This document shows positions 27,092 to 37,112 of a stretch of DNA of 64,000 nt, piece after piece (the first letter of the stretch is position 1; the number at the start of each line of letters is the position of its first letter). Source of the DNA: Gemmatimonadota bacterium (lineage in GTDB: Bacteria; Gemmatimonadota; Gemmatimonadetes; Gemmatimonadales; Gemmatimonadaceae); NCBI GenBank assembly GCA_040389905.1, contig JAZJZK010000008.1, forward strand, positions 64,001-128,000. Reading direction: 5' to 3'. Position numbers and translations under genes: made by a program. The notes under the pieces are model-generated. The model saw only the letters and a list, made by a program, of their open reading frames with translations. It was not told where the DNA came from and searched no databases.

Positions 27092-28396
27092 ATGATCAAG
27101 AGTTCGTCCGCATCCGGTTCATCGTTCGGGCATGTGGGTCGCCCCGTATTGATTGTTGGAGCTCTCGCGATCGCGCTCGCCACGCTGGCACCATCGGACC
27201 AGCCCGATACGGCAGAATCCATGTGCATCGTGTGCGGCCAGTTCGGCGGCGTCGATGCGTTTGTCAATGTACTGCTCTATATGCCACTCGGGGCAGGGTT
27301 GGCGTTGCTTGGACGGAAACGCGTGCCGTCGATGCTCGGCATGGTCGCACTGACCGTCGTCATCGAGTTGCTTCAGCGGTATCTCATCCCGGGACGCAAC
27401 GGAGCGATTGGTGATGTAATTACGAACAGCGTGGGCGGTGCGCTGGGGTATTTCGTCGGCTCCCACCTGGGTCAGTTGCTGCTGCCGGCGCGGAGAACGG
27501 CGACTTGGCTTTCAGGTGGAGGTCTATCGGTGTGGGCGCTGGCGCACCTGATCGGCGGGTACGCGCTCGTGCCGAGTCCGACCGAGAAGCGCTACTTCGG
27601 GCAGCTCGCGCACCAACTCGGACAGGACTCCGCGTACGACGGAAGGATCCTCTCCGCATCCCTGGGCGGTCGCCCGTTTCCAGACGGCGAGTTTCCCAAT
27701 GCGAACTGGGTTGCGAATTCGCTGCGCGCGCCGAGGGGAGCTGCCGTCGACGTGATCGCCGAAATTCGAGCGTTGCCCCGTCGTCAGGCGGCAATCGCTC
27801 GTTTGGTCGATATCGACGAGGAGGAAATCGTCCTGCTCGCCGCGGAAGGTGAAGACATCCTGTTTGGTATTCGGACGCATGCCGCCGACCTGGGTTTACG
27901 GAGCCCGAGTTACCGATTGAAAGGAGGGCATCCCGGACCAAGCGTCGCAGGCCGCCAGTCCACGCTCCTGCGGGCTCGCTATGCGCTTCCGTCGGTTGAA
28001 CTGAGCACCGTGAGCGAACGAGCGCGAAGGGAAACGAGCATGCGCCTCAGCACCTCCAACGCATGGAGATTCATGGCGCTTGCCCCCATTCGTGTGGACG
28101 GTGGCCGCACGGACATGGTGCTCGACGCACTCTGGCTCTGCGTGCTACTCGTACCAGCAGGCTACTGGGGGCAGTTCATGGTTCTCCATCGTCGCACCCG
28201 TGGCGCGCGCGTTTCGCTAGGGCTCGCCCTGCTGATACCGGTGGGCGTCGGCTTTGCGGTCGGCCCGGCCATTTTCGGCCTTGCCCCACCGCAGCTGTCG
28301 GATATCGGGGGCGCCTCGGTGGGGCTGATCCTCGGCGCTCTCGTCGCCCTTTGGATGTCTCGCGCCTACGGCGTTCCGGGCATCGCTGAGCGATAA
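27092..28396 (+). CDS. VanZ-like domain membrane protein with large soluble insertion
   Basis: Start at ATG 27092; DAFVNVLLYMPLG, IELLQ...PGRNGAIGDVITNSVGG. Confidence 0.75.
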   Translation: MIKSSSASGSSFGHVGRPVLIVGALAIALATLAPSDQPDTAESMCIVCGQFGGVDAFVNVLLYMPLGAGLALLGRKRVPSMLGMVALTVVIELLQRYLIPGRNGAIGDVITNSVGGALGYFVGSHLGQLLLPARRTATWLSGGGLSVWALAHLIGGYALVPSPTEKRYFGQLAHQLGQDSAYDGRILSASLGGRPFPDGEFPNANWVANSLRAPRGAAVDVIAEIRALPRRQAAIARLVDIDEEEIVLLAAEGEDILFGIRTHAADLGLRSPSYRLKGGHPGPSVAGRQSTLLRARYALPSVELSTVSERARRETSMRLSTSNAWRFMALAPIRVDGGRTDMVLDALWLCVLLVPAGYWGQFMVLHRRTRGARVSLGLALLIPVGVGFAVGPAIFGLAPPQLSDIGGASVGLILGALVALWMSRAYGVPGIAER

Positions 28397-29523
28397 AGGC
28401 TCTCATGCGCCGCGATCATGGCGGCAAGGCTGAACTTCTCGACGACGCGTTGTCGCGCTGCGTTCCCGTCCTCGAGGAGTCGCGTTGGGTCGCGTAGCGC
28501 GTCCATCCACCCGTGTGCAATTTGCGCCGCATCAACCGGCCGGAGCCGGTGGCGAAGTGCTGCTCCGAGAACATCCGCGTTGCCGCCGACGTCGGTGACC
28601 ACGGGGCACCGCCCGCTGCTCATGGCCTCGAGGAGGCCAATGGACGTGCCTTCGCTGTGTGAGCTCATTGTGAACAGCGAAAAGGCGCGGAGCATCGAAC
28701 CCACGTCACTGCGCCACCCCAGGAGATGCGTCTGCCCGTCGAGGCCCAGGCGTTGGACCTGATTACGGAGCGCGTCGCGTTCGGGACCGTCGCCGCCAAT
28801 GACCAGCACCGGCGCATCGGTCCCCGGCCATTGGGCGCGAAGCACGGCGAAGGCGTCGATCATGACGTCGAAGCCCTTGATGCGGTCCAACCGGCCGATA
28901 CTGCCGATGATGGGGACGGAAGGCCCTATGCCAAGTTCCGCTCGCAGGACGCCGTCGTCGGGTCGCTGGCAGAACGTATCAGTGTCGACGCCATTGTGGA
29001 TGACGCGGACACGCTCAGGATGTGCAACGACGGTCGTCGCCAATTGCCGACCAAGTGGCTCGGACACGGCGATGACCACATCCGTCCGTCGAGAGGCAAG
29101 CCCATCGACGAAACGGTCGGCCCACGGATCTGGAGACTGCCGGCCGTGGTCGGAATGCACGAGAAAGGGTACCCCCGCCATTCGCGCGGCGAGCGACGCC
29201 TTGAACCAGACGCCACTATGCGTATGGACGATGTCCGGCGCGATCTCGGCGATCTCGTCGCGAATCCCCGAAGGATGCAGCATCGACCATCGCGAGTATT
29301 GCTTCGCAACGTGCAGGGTGGCGTAATCGTCCAATCCATGGGAGAGCTGGCCGAGGAAGCGCAGCGCCAGGACGTGGAGCTCGAACGCATCGGGGTCGAG
29401 CCCCCTGAGGAGGTCGCCGATCACGCGTTCGAGCCCTCCTTGGTGCAGGTTGAGGACGATATGAAGCACCCGAAGGCGTCGGCGAGCCGACGCGTTGCGC
29501 TCGCGGCGCGGGTAGATTGTCAT
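28366..29523 (-). CDS. Glycosyltransferase family 4 (PEP-CTERM locus type)
   Basis: Start at ATG 29523; GGLERVI, HSDHGR, IHNGVD, GRLDRIKG, SEGTSIGLLEAM, TDVGGN. Confidence 0.9.
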   Translation of the reverse strand: MTIYPRRERNASARRRLRVLHIVLNLHQGGLERVIGDLLRGLDPDAFELHVLALRFLGQLSHGLDDYATLHVAKQYSRWSMLHPSGIRDEIAEIAPDIVHTHSGVWFKASLAARMAGVPFLVHSDHGRQSPDPWADRFVDGLASRRTDVVIAVSEPLGRQLATTVVAHPERVRVIHNGVDTDTFCQRPDDGVLRAELGIGPSVPIIGSIGRLDRIKGFDVMIDAFAVLRAQWPGTDAPVLVIGGDGPERDALRNQVQRLGLDGQTHLLGWRSDVGSMLRAFSLFTMSSHSEGTSIGLLEAMSSGRCPVVTDVGGNADVLGAALRHRLRPVDAAQIAHGWMDALRDPTRLLEDGNAARQRVVEKFSLAAMIAAHESLYRSAMPGTP

Positions 29524-29588
29524 CGGGTATGGAGTTGCGGCATGCGCATGTATAGCGGGGAGAGCGTGGAACCACACGGATTGCGTTG

Positions 29589-30968
29589 ATGACAGCCCCA
29601 GCGTTTGGTGCCTTCAACTCGACGGTGCAGCCGCTGCGCGGTCGGCGGGGACCGGCGGCCGGAGGCGCGCCCGCGCCCAAGGCCCGGCGTTTCGACTACC
29701 TCGTCGCGATGCTCATTCCCATTTACGTGTGGCGTATCCAGGACGCGGTCCCGCTTCTGGGCAAGCTGCAACTCCCGATCATTGTGTCGCTCGCGAGCAT
29801 TGCAATGTTCCTGTATGAGGGGCATGCGACGCGCGAAAAGTGGCGCTTCAAGCTGCCCAGCATCAAGGGTGCGCTTTTCGTCCTCGGATGGATGATCGTG
29901 TCGATCCCGACCAGCGTCTATCCGGGAAACAGCTTCCGCTTCGTATTCAACGACTTCATCAAGACGTTCCTGGTGATGCTCATGATCACGGCGAGCATTC
30001 GGCACATCAGCGACGTCGAGCGCATTGCGATGGTCAACCTCGCGTCGGCGGCCATTTATTGCCTGAAGATCGTCACGACCTTTCAGGTGAATGCTGATGG
30101 CCGCCTGGGTGCGGTGCTCTACTACGATGCGAATGATCTGGCCATGATGGTCGTGCTGACGATCCCGATCGCGGTCTATTTCCTTCGCAGCGGCGTCAAG
30201 CCGATGCAGCGGGTGGCTTCGTTAGGGTGCTTCGCGATCTTCGCCCTCGTCGTCGCTCGTACGGGCTCGCGCGGCGGCTTTCTCGGGCTCATCGCCGTCG
30301 TCGGGGTCCTGCTGGTCGGATTTCGTGCCATTCCGGTGCGAGTGCGCTTTGGTTCGGTGGCGGCCATCGGCTCGCTGCTGGTGATCTTCGCCGGCCCGAC
30401 CTACTGGGAAATGATGGGGACGATCCTGAACCCGAAGGAAGACTACAATGCCAACGTCGAGTCAGGGCGTGTCATGGTGTGGCAGCGTGGTATGGGGTAT
30501 CTCGCCGGCCATCCCATGACGGGTGTCGGTGTCGACGGATTTCCGATCGCCGAGGGAACGATTTCCGAGATGGCAGAACGCCAGTCGCGAGGGCAGGGCG
30601 TCAAGTGGTCGGCCGCACACAACTCCTTCGTGCAGGTCGCCGCTGAACTCGGCATTCCCGGCATCATCGGCTTCCTGATCTTTCTCTACCACCTCTTCAA
30701 GACATGCTGGGTCGTTGCGCGCTCCAAGCGACCGGACGACGCGGTCACTCTGCGGGAGCGAGCATTCGCCGAGGCCATGTTTGCCACGATGGTCGGTTAC
30801 GTCGTGGCTGGGTTCTTCCTGTCGCAAGCGTACGCCGCGTACCTCTATGCCAACTGCGGCATCATTTCCGGATTGGCGGCAATCGCGTTCAAGTCGGCCC
30901 AACCGGCGCTTCGCGCCGCGGCAGCGCAGCGCGGGCGGGCACCGTTGTCGTACCGGCGCGCCCAATGA
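29589..30968 (+). CDS. O-antigen ligase-like / Wzy polymerase
   Basis: Multi-TM; YDANDLA, TGSRGGFLGL, GRVMVW...HPMTGVG, AHNSFVQVAAELG. Confidence 0.85.
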   Translation: MTAPAFGAFNSTVQPLRGRRGPAAGGAPAPKARRFDYLVAMLIPIYVWRIQDAVPLLGKLQLPIIVSLASIAMFLYEGHATREKWRFKLPSIKGALFVLGWMIVSIPTSVYPGNSFRFVFNDFIKTFLVMLMITASIRHISDVERIAMVNLASAAIYCLKIVTTFQVNADGRLGAVLYYDANDLAMMVVLTIPIAVYFLRSGVKPMQRVASLGCFAIFALVVARTGSRGGFLGLIAVVGVLLVGFRAIPVRVRFGSVAAIGSLLVIFAGPTYWEMMGTILNPKEDYNANVESGRVMVWQRGMGYLAGHPMTGVGVDGFPIAEGTISEMAERQSRGQGVKWSAAHNSFVQVAAELGIPGIIGFLIFLYHLFKTCWVVARSKRPDDAVTLRERAFAEAMFATMVGYVVAGFFLSQAYAAYLYANCGIISGLAAIAFKSAQPALRAAAAQRGRAPLSYRRAQ

Positions 30969-31017
30969 TCGCTCGCTCGATTGGCGTTCCCGCACGGCGA
31001 ATTGCCGGTAGCAAGCC

Positions 31018-32202
31018 ATGAGTATGATGGCATGGCTGCTCGTGTCACTGCCCATATTGGTGGGCGGCTACGCGTACCTGCTGTACCCAGCGATACTCTG
31101 GCTGATTTCGCGGGGAAGTTCCGCTCCCCAGGTGTTCCCGGTGCGCGAATGGCCACTCGTCACCGTCGCAATTCCCGCGTACAACGAGGAAGCCCAGATC
31201 GCCGGTTGCCTCGAGGCTGTCCTCGCGCAGGACTATCCGATCGACCGCCTGCAAATTCTCGTTCTCTCCGACGCGTCGTCCGACCGCACGGACGACATCG
31301 TGCGCGGGTTCCAGCACCAGGGCGTCGAACTGCTGCGCATGACGACACGGGCGGGGAAGACGGCTGCGGAAAACGCGTCGTGCTCGCTGATCCGCGGCAA
31401 CATTGTCGTGAATACCGACGCGTCGATCCGATTTCATCCGTCCACCGTGCGGAAGCTCGTCGAACAGATGCAGGACCCGAGCGTGGGCGTCGCGTCAACG
31501 CGCGACGTCAGCATCTCCGAGCGTGATGCGAGCGCCAACCAGGCGGAAGCCGGCTACGTCGGTTACGAGATGCTGGTACGCTCGCTCGAGACTCGTGTGG
31601 GCGGGATCATCGGTGCATCGGGCTCGGGCTATGCCATTCGAACCGACCTGCACAAGCTGCCGGTTCGCGATGACCTGAGCCGAGACTTCTCAGCGGCGCT
31701 GACGGCGCGGATGCATGGGTACCGCGCCGTATCGGTCGACGATGCGATCTGCTACGTCCCTCGAACGCACGGACTCGATCGCGAGTATCGCCGCAAGGTA
31801 CGAACGATCAGCCGCGGGATGGAAACGCTATACCACAACAGGCAGTTGCTCGATCCGACGCGCTACGGCGCGTTCGCATGGAAGCTGTTCAGCCACAAGA
31901 TCCTTCGGTGGTTCGTGCCCCATGCCGCGTTAGCGGGCGTCGTCGGTGTCGCGATGTTCGCGCCGACGCATTGGATCACCGGCGCGGTCCTGTTGACGGC
32001 GACCGCCGCCTGCGCGGGCGCGTTCGTGCTGGTCAAGCTGTCTGGCGAGCGCCACGTGCCGGCGCCGATATCCGCACTTGGCTTCGCCGTGGCGGCCAAT
32101 ATCGCCGTCATTCATGCCTCGTGGCGCTTCGCCCTTGGCCACGAGGATCACATCTGGGAACCAACGCGTCGCGGAAGTCCCGCGACCGGCGCTGCAACCT
32201 GA
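31018..32202 (+). CDS. Glycosyltransferase family 2
   Basis: IPAYNEE, LSDASSDRT, GKTAAEN, NTDAS, RRKVRTI, SHKILRW. Confidence 0.9.
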   Translation: MSMMAWLLVSLPILVGGYAYLLYPAILWLISRGSSAPQVFPVREWPLVTVAIPAYNEEAQIAGCLEAVLAQDYPIDRLQILVLSDASSDRTDDIVRGFQHQGVELLRMTTRAGKTAAENASCSLIRGNIVVNTDASIRFHPSTVRKLVEQMQDPSVGVASTRDVSISERDASANQAEAGYVGYEMLVRSLETRVGGIIGASGSGYAIRTDLHKLPVRDDLSRDFSAALTARMHGYRAVSVDDAICYVPRTHGLDREYRRKVRTISRGMETLYHNRQLLDPTRYGAFAWKLFSHKILRWFVPHAALAGVVGVAMFAPTHWITGAVLLTATAACAGAFVLVKLSGERHVPAPISALGFAVAANIAVIHASWRFALGHEDHIWEPTRRGSPATGAAT

Positions 32203-32206
32203 CCGT

Positions 32207-33583
32207 CTAACGCGCCACGGAGGGCCGGAAAGCGCTCGATAGCGCGAGAATCCTGGCTCGGCCCGGGCGCGTTTTCGACGTCGCGTTTCGTGTGTCCACA
32301 ATCACGTCGGCGTGATCGACGAGGTTCTGATAGTCGATCGACTTGTGGTCGGTGACGATCACGACGACGTCCGCCTCCCCAATCAATTCAGGCGTCAGTG
32401 GTGTGCTGTGGCGAACCTCATGTGCGGACCCTGACTCGCCGTGGCCATCTGCGTGATCCACCGTGACGCGAAGCCTCGGGATGTACGGATCGTGATACTG
32501 CACGCGTGCCCCTTGTGCCTCGAGCAGCCGGATGACGTCCAGTGCCGGGCTTTCTCGCGCGTCGTCGATGTCCCGCTTGTACGCGACGCCGAGGATGAGG
32601 ACTAGGCTGCCGTTGACCGGCTTTCGGACAGAGTTGAGGGCAAAGACAACCTTCTCCACGGCGAACGACGGCATCGCCGTATTGATGTCGCCCGCCAGGT
32701 CGATGAAGCGGGTCTTGTAGTTCAGCGTGCGCATCTTCCACGCGAGGTAGTGCGGGTCGAGCGGAATGCAGTGACCGCCGATGCCGGGGCCGGGCGTGAA
32801 TTTCATGAATCCGAAGGGCTTGGTGGCGGCCGCCTCGATCACTTCCCACACGTCGATGCCAAGCTTGTCACAGACGATGGCCATTTCGTTCGCCATCGCG
32901 ATGTTGACCGAGCGGAAGGTGTTTTCGAGCAGCTTCACCAACTCGGCGGCTTCCGTTGAACTCACGGGCACGACCGTATCGATGCATGAGGCGTAGAGCG
33001 CCGTCGCGACTTCGGTGCACGCGGGCGTGATGCCGCCGACCACCTTGGGCGTGTTCTTGGTCTGGTAGATCGGATTGCCAGGATCGACGCGCTCGGGGCT
33101 GAAGGCCACGAAAACGTCAGTTCCCACCGTGAACCGCGCCGGATCGAACTGCGACAGGATCACGTCGCGCGTCGTGCCCGGATAGGTCGTGCTCTCGAGC
33201 ACGACAAGGAGTCCCGGATGCGCAACTCGCGCGACGGTCTCGGCCGCGGCTTCGACGAAGCTCATATCGGGATCGCGGGTACGGCCGAGCGGCGTGGGGA
33301 CGGCGATGGAGATTGCGTCGCACGCGGACAACGCCATCGCGTCGGTCGTTGCCGAGAAGTGACCGGAGTTCACAAGCTGCGCGACCACGTCACTGGGGAC
33401 GTCCTGAATGTGCGATTCTCCAGAATTCAGGAGGTCGCACACCCGCTGGCTGACATCGAAGCCAATGACCTTGAAACCAACGCGAGCGAATTCGACGGCA
33501 AGCGGAAGTCCAACGTAACCAAGGCCGACGACGCCGATGGTGGCGCTGCGATCGGCGATTCGCGCCAAAAGTTGCTGTTTCAT
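32207..33583 (-). CDS. Nucleotide-sugar 6-dehydrogenase (UDP-GlcNAc dehydrogenase-like)
   Basis: GLGYVGLPLA, LESTTYPGTT, SPERVDPG, KLLENTFRSVNIA, GPGIGGHCIPLDP, GVAYKRDIDDARESP. Confidence 0.95.
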   Translation of the reverse strand: MKQQLLARIADRSATIGVVGLGYVGLPLAVEFARVGFKVIGFDVSQRVCDLLNSGESHIQDVPSDVVAQLVNSGHFSATTDAMALSACDAISIAVPTPLGRTRDPDMSFVEAAAETVARVAHPGLLVVLESTTYPGTTRDVILSQFDPARFTVGTDVFVAFSPERVDPGNPIYQTKNTPKVVGGITPACTEVATALYASCIDTVVPVSSTEAAELVKLLENTFRSVNIAMANEMAIVCDKLGIDVWEVIEAAATKPFGFMKFTPGPGIGGHCIPLDPHYLAWKMRTLNYKTRFIDLAGDINTAMPSFAVEKVVFALNSVRKPVNGSLVLILGVAYKRDIDDARESPALDVIRLLEAQGARVQYHDPYIPRLRVTVDHADGHGESGSAHEVRHSTPLTPELIGEADVVVIVTDHKSIDYQNLVDHADVIVDTRNATSKTRPGRARILALSSAFRPSVAR

Positions 33584-33719
33584 GACCTTTGATTTCTACT
33601 TGTGGGCGCCGGCGTCCCGATGGACCGCGCGGCAGGAGAGCAACCTAATCGAAGTCCGAGGGGTGCGAAATAGATCGGCACCGTGAGGCAACGGGGCGTG
33701 ACAACTTCCGTGAATTGGG

Positions 33720-34475
33720 TCACACTGACCGCTTTCGCAACGCACACATGATGTTCGATCGATAGGGTGCGAGCGAGTCGCGCCGCAGCACGCGCAGCGC
33801 GAGCAATTCGGCAAGCGCCAATGGCGGCACGCTCGCGAACACTGGCAACGTCGAAACAAATACGGCGGACTCGAGGTCGAGCCCCGCCGCGGTCGCGACA
33901 CGCGTGATATCCTCGAGGGAATTGGCCCGATAGTGCGTCGGAAAGACGTCGCTTTCCTGGCGTCCCTCGAGTATGCGCGCGAGATGCTGCTTCAGGGAGT
34001 CGGGCAGCAGGCGTGCGATCCGCACGTCGTAGGACAGCGAGTTCGGCGTATGAAACACGAATCGGCCGCCCGGCTTGAGCACGCGTCCGATTTCCGCGAA
34101 CTGGCGCGTGGGGTCATCGAGATGTTCGACCACCATGTTGGCGGTGACGAGGTCGAACGTATCCGACGAAAAAGGGAGCGAACGAGCGTCGGCACGTGCC
34201 ACCGTCCGCAGCGACCGATGCTTGCGCAGGGATTCCATGTCGTAATCGATACCAACCACGACGGGGACCTGCGTGACCATCTCCCGTTCCGCCTCGAGTC
34301 GCCAGTCCGGAAGCAACTGATGCCCGCACCCGAGGTCGAGCCACGTCTGCACGCCCCGCGTTCGGTCGCGAAGAAAACCCTCGAAGTGGTCCTGAGAGTA
34401 CCGAAGTTCAGGCACGAGCCGATGCTGCATCCAGTCAGTGATTCGGCGTGACCGGTCTGCGAGGCTCATGACCAT
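33720..34475 (-). CDS. Class I SAM-dependent methyltransferase
   Basis: WLDLGCG, LPFSSDTFDLVTANMVVEHL, VLKPGG, HTPN. Confidence 0.9.
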   Translation of the reverse strand: MVMSLADRSRRITDWMQHRLVPELRYSQDHFEGFLRDRTRGVQTWLDLGCGHQLLPDWRLEAEREMVTQVPVVVGIDYDMESLRKHRSLRTVARADARSLPFSSDTFDLVTANMVVEHLDDPTRQFAEIGRVLKPGGRFVFHTPNSLSYDVRIARLLPDSLKQHLARILEGRQESDVFPTHYRANSLEDITRVATAAGLDLESAVFVSTLPVFASVPPLALAELLALRVLRRDSLAPYRSNIMCALRKRSV

Positions 34476-34659
34476 CGGTTCAGGAAAGAAACGCCGACCC
34501 GAGGTCGGAATACATGGGACTTGGCGGCGAGGCTCCGCACGGAGTCGTAGAATAGTCCGTGCCTATGCCATGAACAAGGATTGGCCCGCTCGCCTGGCCG
34601 GCTCGCGTGCCGGTGCCGTGCCGGGCACGAACTGCCAACAATCGGGATATATTGTGACC

Positions 34660-35019
34660 ATGATACGGAATGACAAGGAGTTGATCGTCGTCGGCGATCG
34701 GGTGTTGATCAAGGTCGAAGAGGGCGAGGAACGGACGAACGTCGGGCTGTACCTTCCCTCGACGGCGATCGACAGCCAGGCCGTGCAGGGAGGCACCATT
34801 GTCGCGACAGGTCCCGGTCAGCCCATGCCGAGCTTCGACGCGGCCGCAGGAGACGAGCCCTGGAAGGAACCTGTGCGGGAAACACGCTTCGTCCCCATGC
34901 AGGCACGCTGTGGCGATTACGCCTTGTTCTTCCGAAAGGCATCCGTCGAAATCACGTTCGAACACGAGCGCTATCTTGTCGTGCCCCAAGCCGCCATTCT
35001 CGCATTGGTGCGAGAGTAG
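34660..35019 (+). CDS. groES: Co-chaperonin GroES family protein (stand-alone)
   Basis: Start at ATG 34660; GDRVLIK, GLYLP, GTIVATGPG, YLVVPQAAILALV. Confidence 0.85.
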   Translation: MIRNDKELIVVGDRVLIKVEEGEERTNVGLYLPSTAIDSQAVQGGTIVATGPGQPMPSFDAAAGDEPWKEPVRETRFVPMQARCGDYALFFRKASVEITFEHERYLVVPQAAILALVRE

Positions 35020-35058
35020 CGGCTGCCGGCCGGCGGTCAAATCATTACGAGGTTGCAA

Positions 35059-35481
35059 ATGATGTACGACGAACGTTTTATCTCCCCCATGCGCCAGGAG
35101 CTCACGCGGCTCGGCGTCGAGGAACTCCGCACCGCCTCCGACGTCGACGCAAAACTCCAGAATGCGCCGGGCACCACGTTGCTCGTGGTCAACTCGATGT
35201 GCGGCTGCGCTGCCCGCAATGCCCGCCCTGCGGTGGCGTCGGCGCTCGAGCACTCCGCCAAGCCCGATCACCTGACGACCGTATTCGCCGGACAGGACCC
35301 CGAGGCAACGGCGCGTGCACGCGCATACCTCACCGGATACCCGCCCAGCTCTCCGTCCATTGGCCTGTTGAAGGACGGGAAGTTGGTCTTCATGCTCGAG
35401 CGGTATCAAATCGAAGGTCGGAGCGCTGGAGAGATCTCGAACGACCTCGTCAAGGCGTTCGACCAGTATTGCACGACCTAA
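35059..35481 (+). CDS. BrxA/BrxB family bacilliredoxin
   Basis: PMRQELT, VVNSMCGCAA (CGC motif), TVFAGQD, PPSSPS, IEGR; GAGG RBS. Confidence 0.92.
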   Translation: MMYDERFISPMRQELTRLGVEELRTASDVDAKLQNAPGTTLLVVNSMCGCAARNARPAVASALEHSAKPDHLTTVFAGQDPEATARARAYLTGYPPSSPSIGLLKDGKLVFMLERYQIEGRSAGEISNDLVKAFDQYCTT

Positions 35482-35591
35482 GGTAGGCCGGCCTGCACGC
35501 CGGCCGCTGGCAGGAATTCCGCGGGATCTCCCTCCGTACGCTGGATGCATGCGCCCAGCGTGCGTGGCTCTCGGCCGTACTCGTCGGCGTA

Positions 35592-37112
35592 TTGGGTTTC
35601 TCCCTCGCATGGGCCGCCACCGCAGCCAAGGGGTTTCCCGGCCCTCGCGTAAACGACGAACACAGTTACCTGCTGGGCGCTGAGACATTCGCGAAGGGGC
35701 GGTTGACCAATCCGCCCCATCCGATGGCGCGATACTTCGAGACGTTTCACGTCCTTCAACACCCGACGTATACCTCGAAGTACCCGCCCGCGAACGCGCT
35801 GGTCATCGCAGCGGGCTGGGCGGTGAGCGGCCGGCCCATCGTGGGGGTCTGGCTGTCGTTCGCGTTCATGGGCGTGGCGTGCTATTGGATGTTCCGTGCG
35901 TGGCTGGGCAACCGATGGGGACTCGCGGTCGGAGTCGCCAACACGGTGTGGATCGGTCTCAGTGAGGCGATGAGTTATTGGGGTACCTCGTACTGGGGAG
36001 GCGCGCTCGCGGCCGGTGCTGGCGCGCTGGTCATGGGTGCGCTGTACCGGATCGTACAGCGCCAGGCCAAAGCGTCGGCCGGTGTCGCACTCGGTGTCGG
36101 TCTCCTGCTACTTGCGAACACGAGACCCTTCGAGGGACTGTTGCTCGCGCTGCCCGCGGCGTTCGCGCTGCTCGGCTGGTGGCGGCGAACCATCCGTGTC
36201 AATCGCGGCGAGGTGCTTCGAGTTGCCGTACCGCTCACCGTCATCATGGCCGTTGGATTCGCTGCCATGGGAACGTACAATTCGGCGGTCACGGGAAGTT
36301 GGCGGAAGATGCCATACTCCGCCTATCAGGAGGCACGCGATCCGATCCCCGTCTTCCTGTGGCAACAGGCCGCCCCAATGCCGACCGCGACCAACGTCTC
36401 GTTTGAAAAGTTCGTGACGTGGGAGGATTCCGTGTACCGGTCGTCGAGAACACCGGCCGGACGCTTCAGTTATGTGCGGAGGGTCGTGAGGGATTACTTC
36501 GGGCACCTCGTACCCGAGGCCGCGCTGTTTCCGTTGGTGCTGCTGCCGTGGACGCTGCGGAAGCGGTGGACGCGCTTTGCCATTGGCGTCATCGTGCTCT
36601 CCTGTGTCGGGATGGGGCTGACGACGTGGTTCCAGATCCACTATGGCGCGCCGATGCTTGGGCTTGCGCTGGTGGTGTATGGGGAATGCCTGCGCAAAAT
36701 GGCGAGACTTCGGCTCGGTACGCAGCCAGTTGGGGCCGCGCTGTCGGCGGCGGCTCTCCTCTTCTGGATGCTTGCTGGAGCCATGAGCTTCATTCAGACG
36801 ACGCCGCGCAGCTCCTCGTACTGGTCTGCATCCGGCGATTGGCCGACGCAGCGGCAGCTGATTGCGGATACACTGACGCGCACCGCTCCGCGTAGCCTGG
36901 CCATCGTGCGATACGGGCCCAACCACAAGTACGCGTCGGAGTGGGTGTACAATGCCGCCGACATCGACGCGGCGCCGATGGTCTGGGCGCGCGATTTCGG
37001 TGATGCGGGGAACGCGCCGTTGCTTGCGTACTTCAAATCACGTGCGGTGTGGATCGTTGACGTGAATGGTGAGTCGGGCCCATTTCGCGTGACGCGGTAC
37101 TCGCCGCCGTGA
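35592..37112 (+). CDS. Polytopic membrane protein, probable GT-C fold glycosyltransferase
   Basis: Acidic DE motif after the first TM (PRVNDEHSYLL), SKYPP, many TMs, soluble C-terminus (EWVYNAADID). True start may lie upstream. Confidence 0.65.
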   Translation: MGFSLAWAATAAKGFPGPRVNDEHSYLLGAETFAKGRLTNPPHPMARYFETFHVLQHPTYTSKYPPANALVIAAGWAVSGRPIVGVWLSFAFMGVACYWMFRAWLGNRWGLAVGVANTVWIGLSEAMSYWGTSYWGGALAAGAGALVMGALYRIVQRQAKASAGVALGVGLLLLANTRPFEGLLLALPAAFALLGWWRRTIRVNRGEVLRVAVPLTVIMAVGFAAMGTYNSAVTGSWRKMPYSAYQEARDPIPVFLWQQAAPMPTATNVSFEKFVTWEDSVYRSSRTPAGRFSYVRRVVRDYFGHLVPEAALFPLVLLPWTLRKRWTRFAIGVIVLSCVGMGLTTWFQIHYGAPMLGLALVVYGECLRKMARLRLGTQPVGAALSAAALLFWMLAGAMSFIQTTPRSSSYWSASGDWPTQRQLIADTLTRTAPRSLAIVRYGPNHKYASEWVYNAADIDAAPMVWARDFGDAGNAPLLAYFKSRAVWIVDVNGESGPFRVTRYSPP

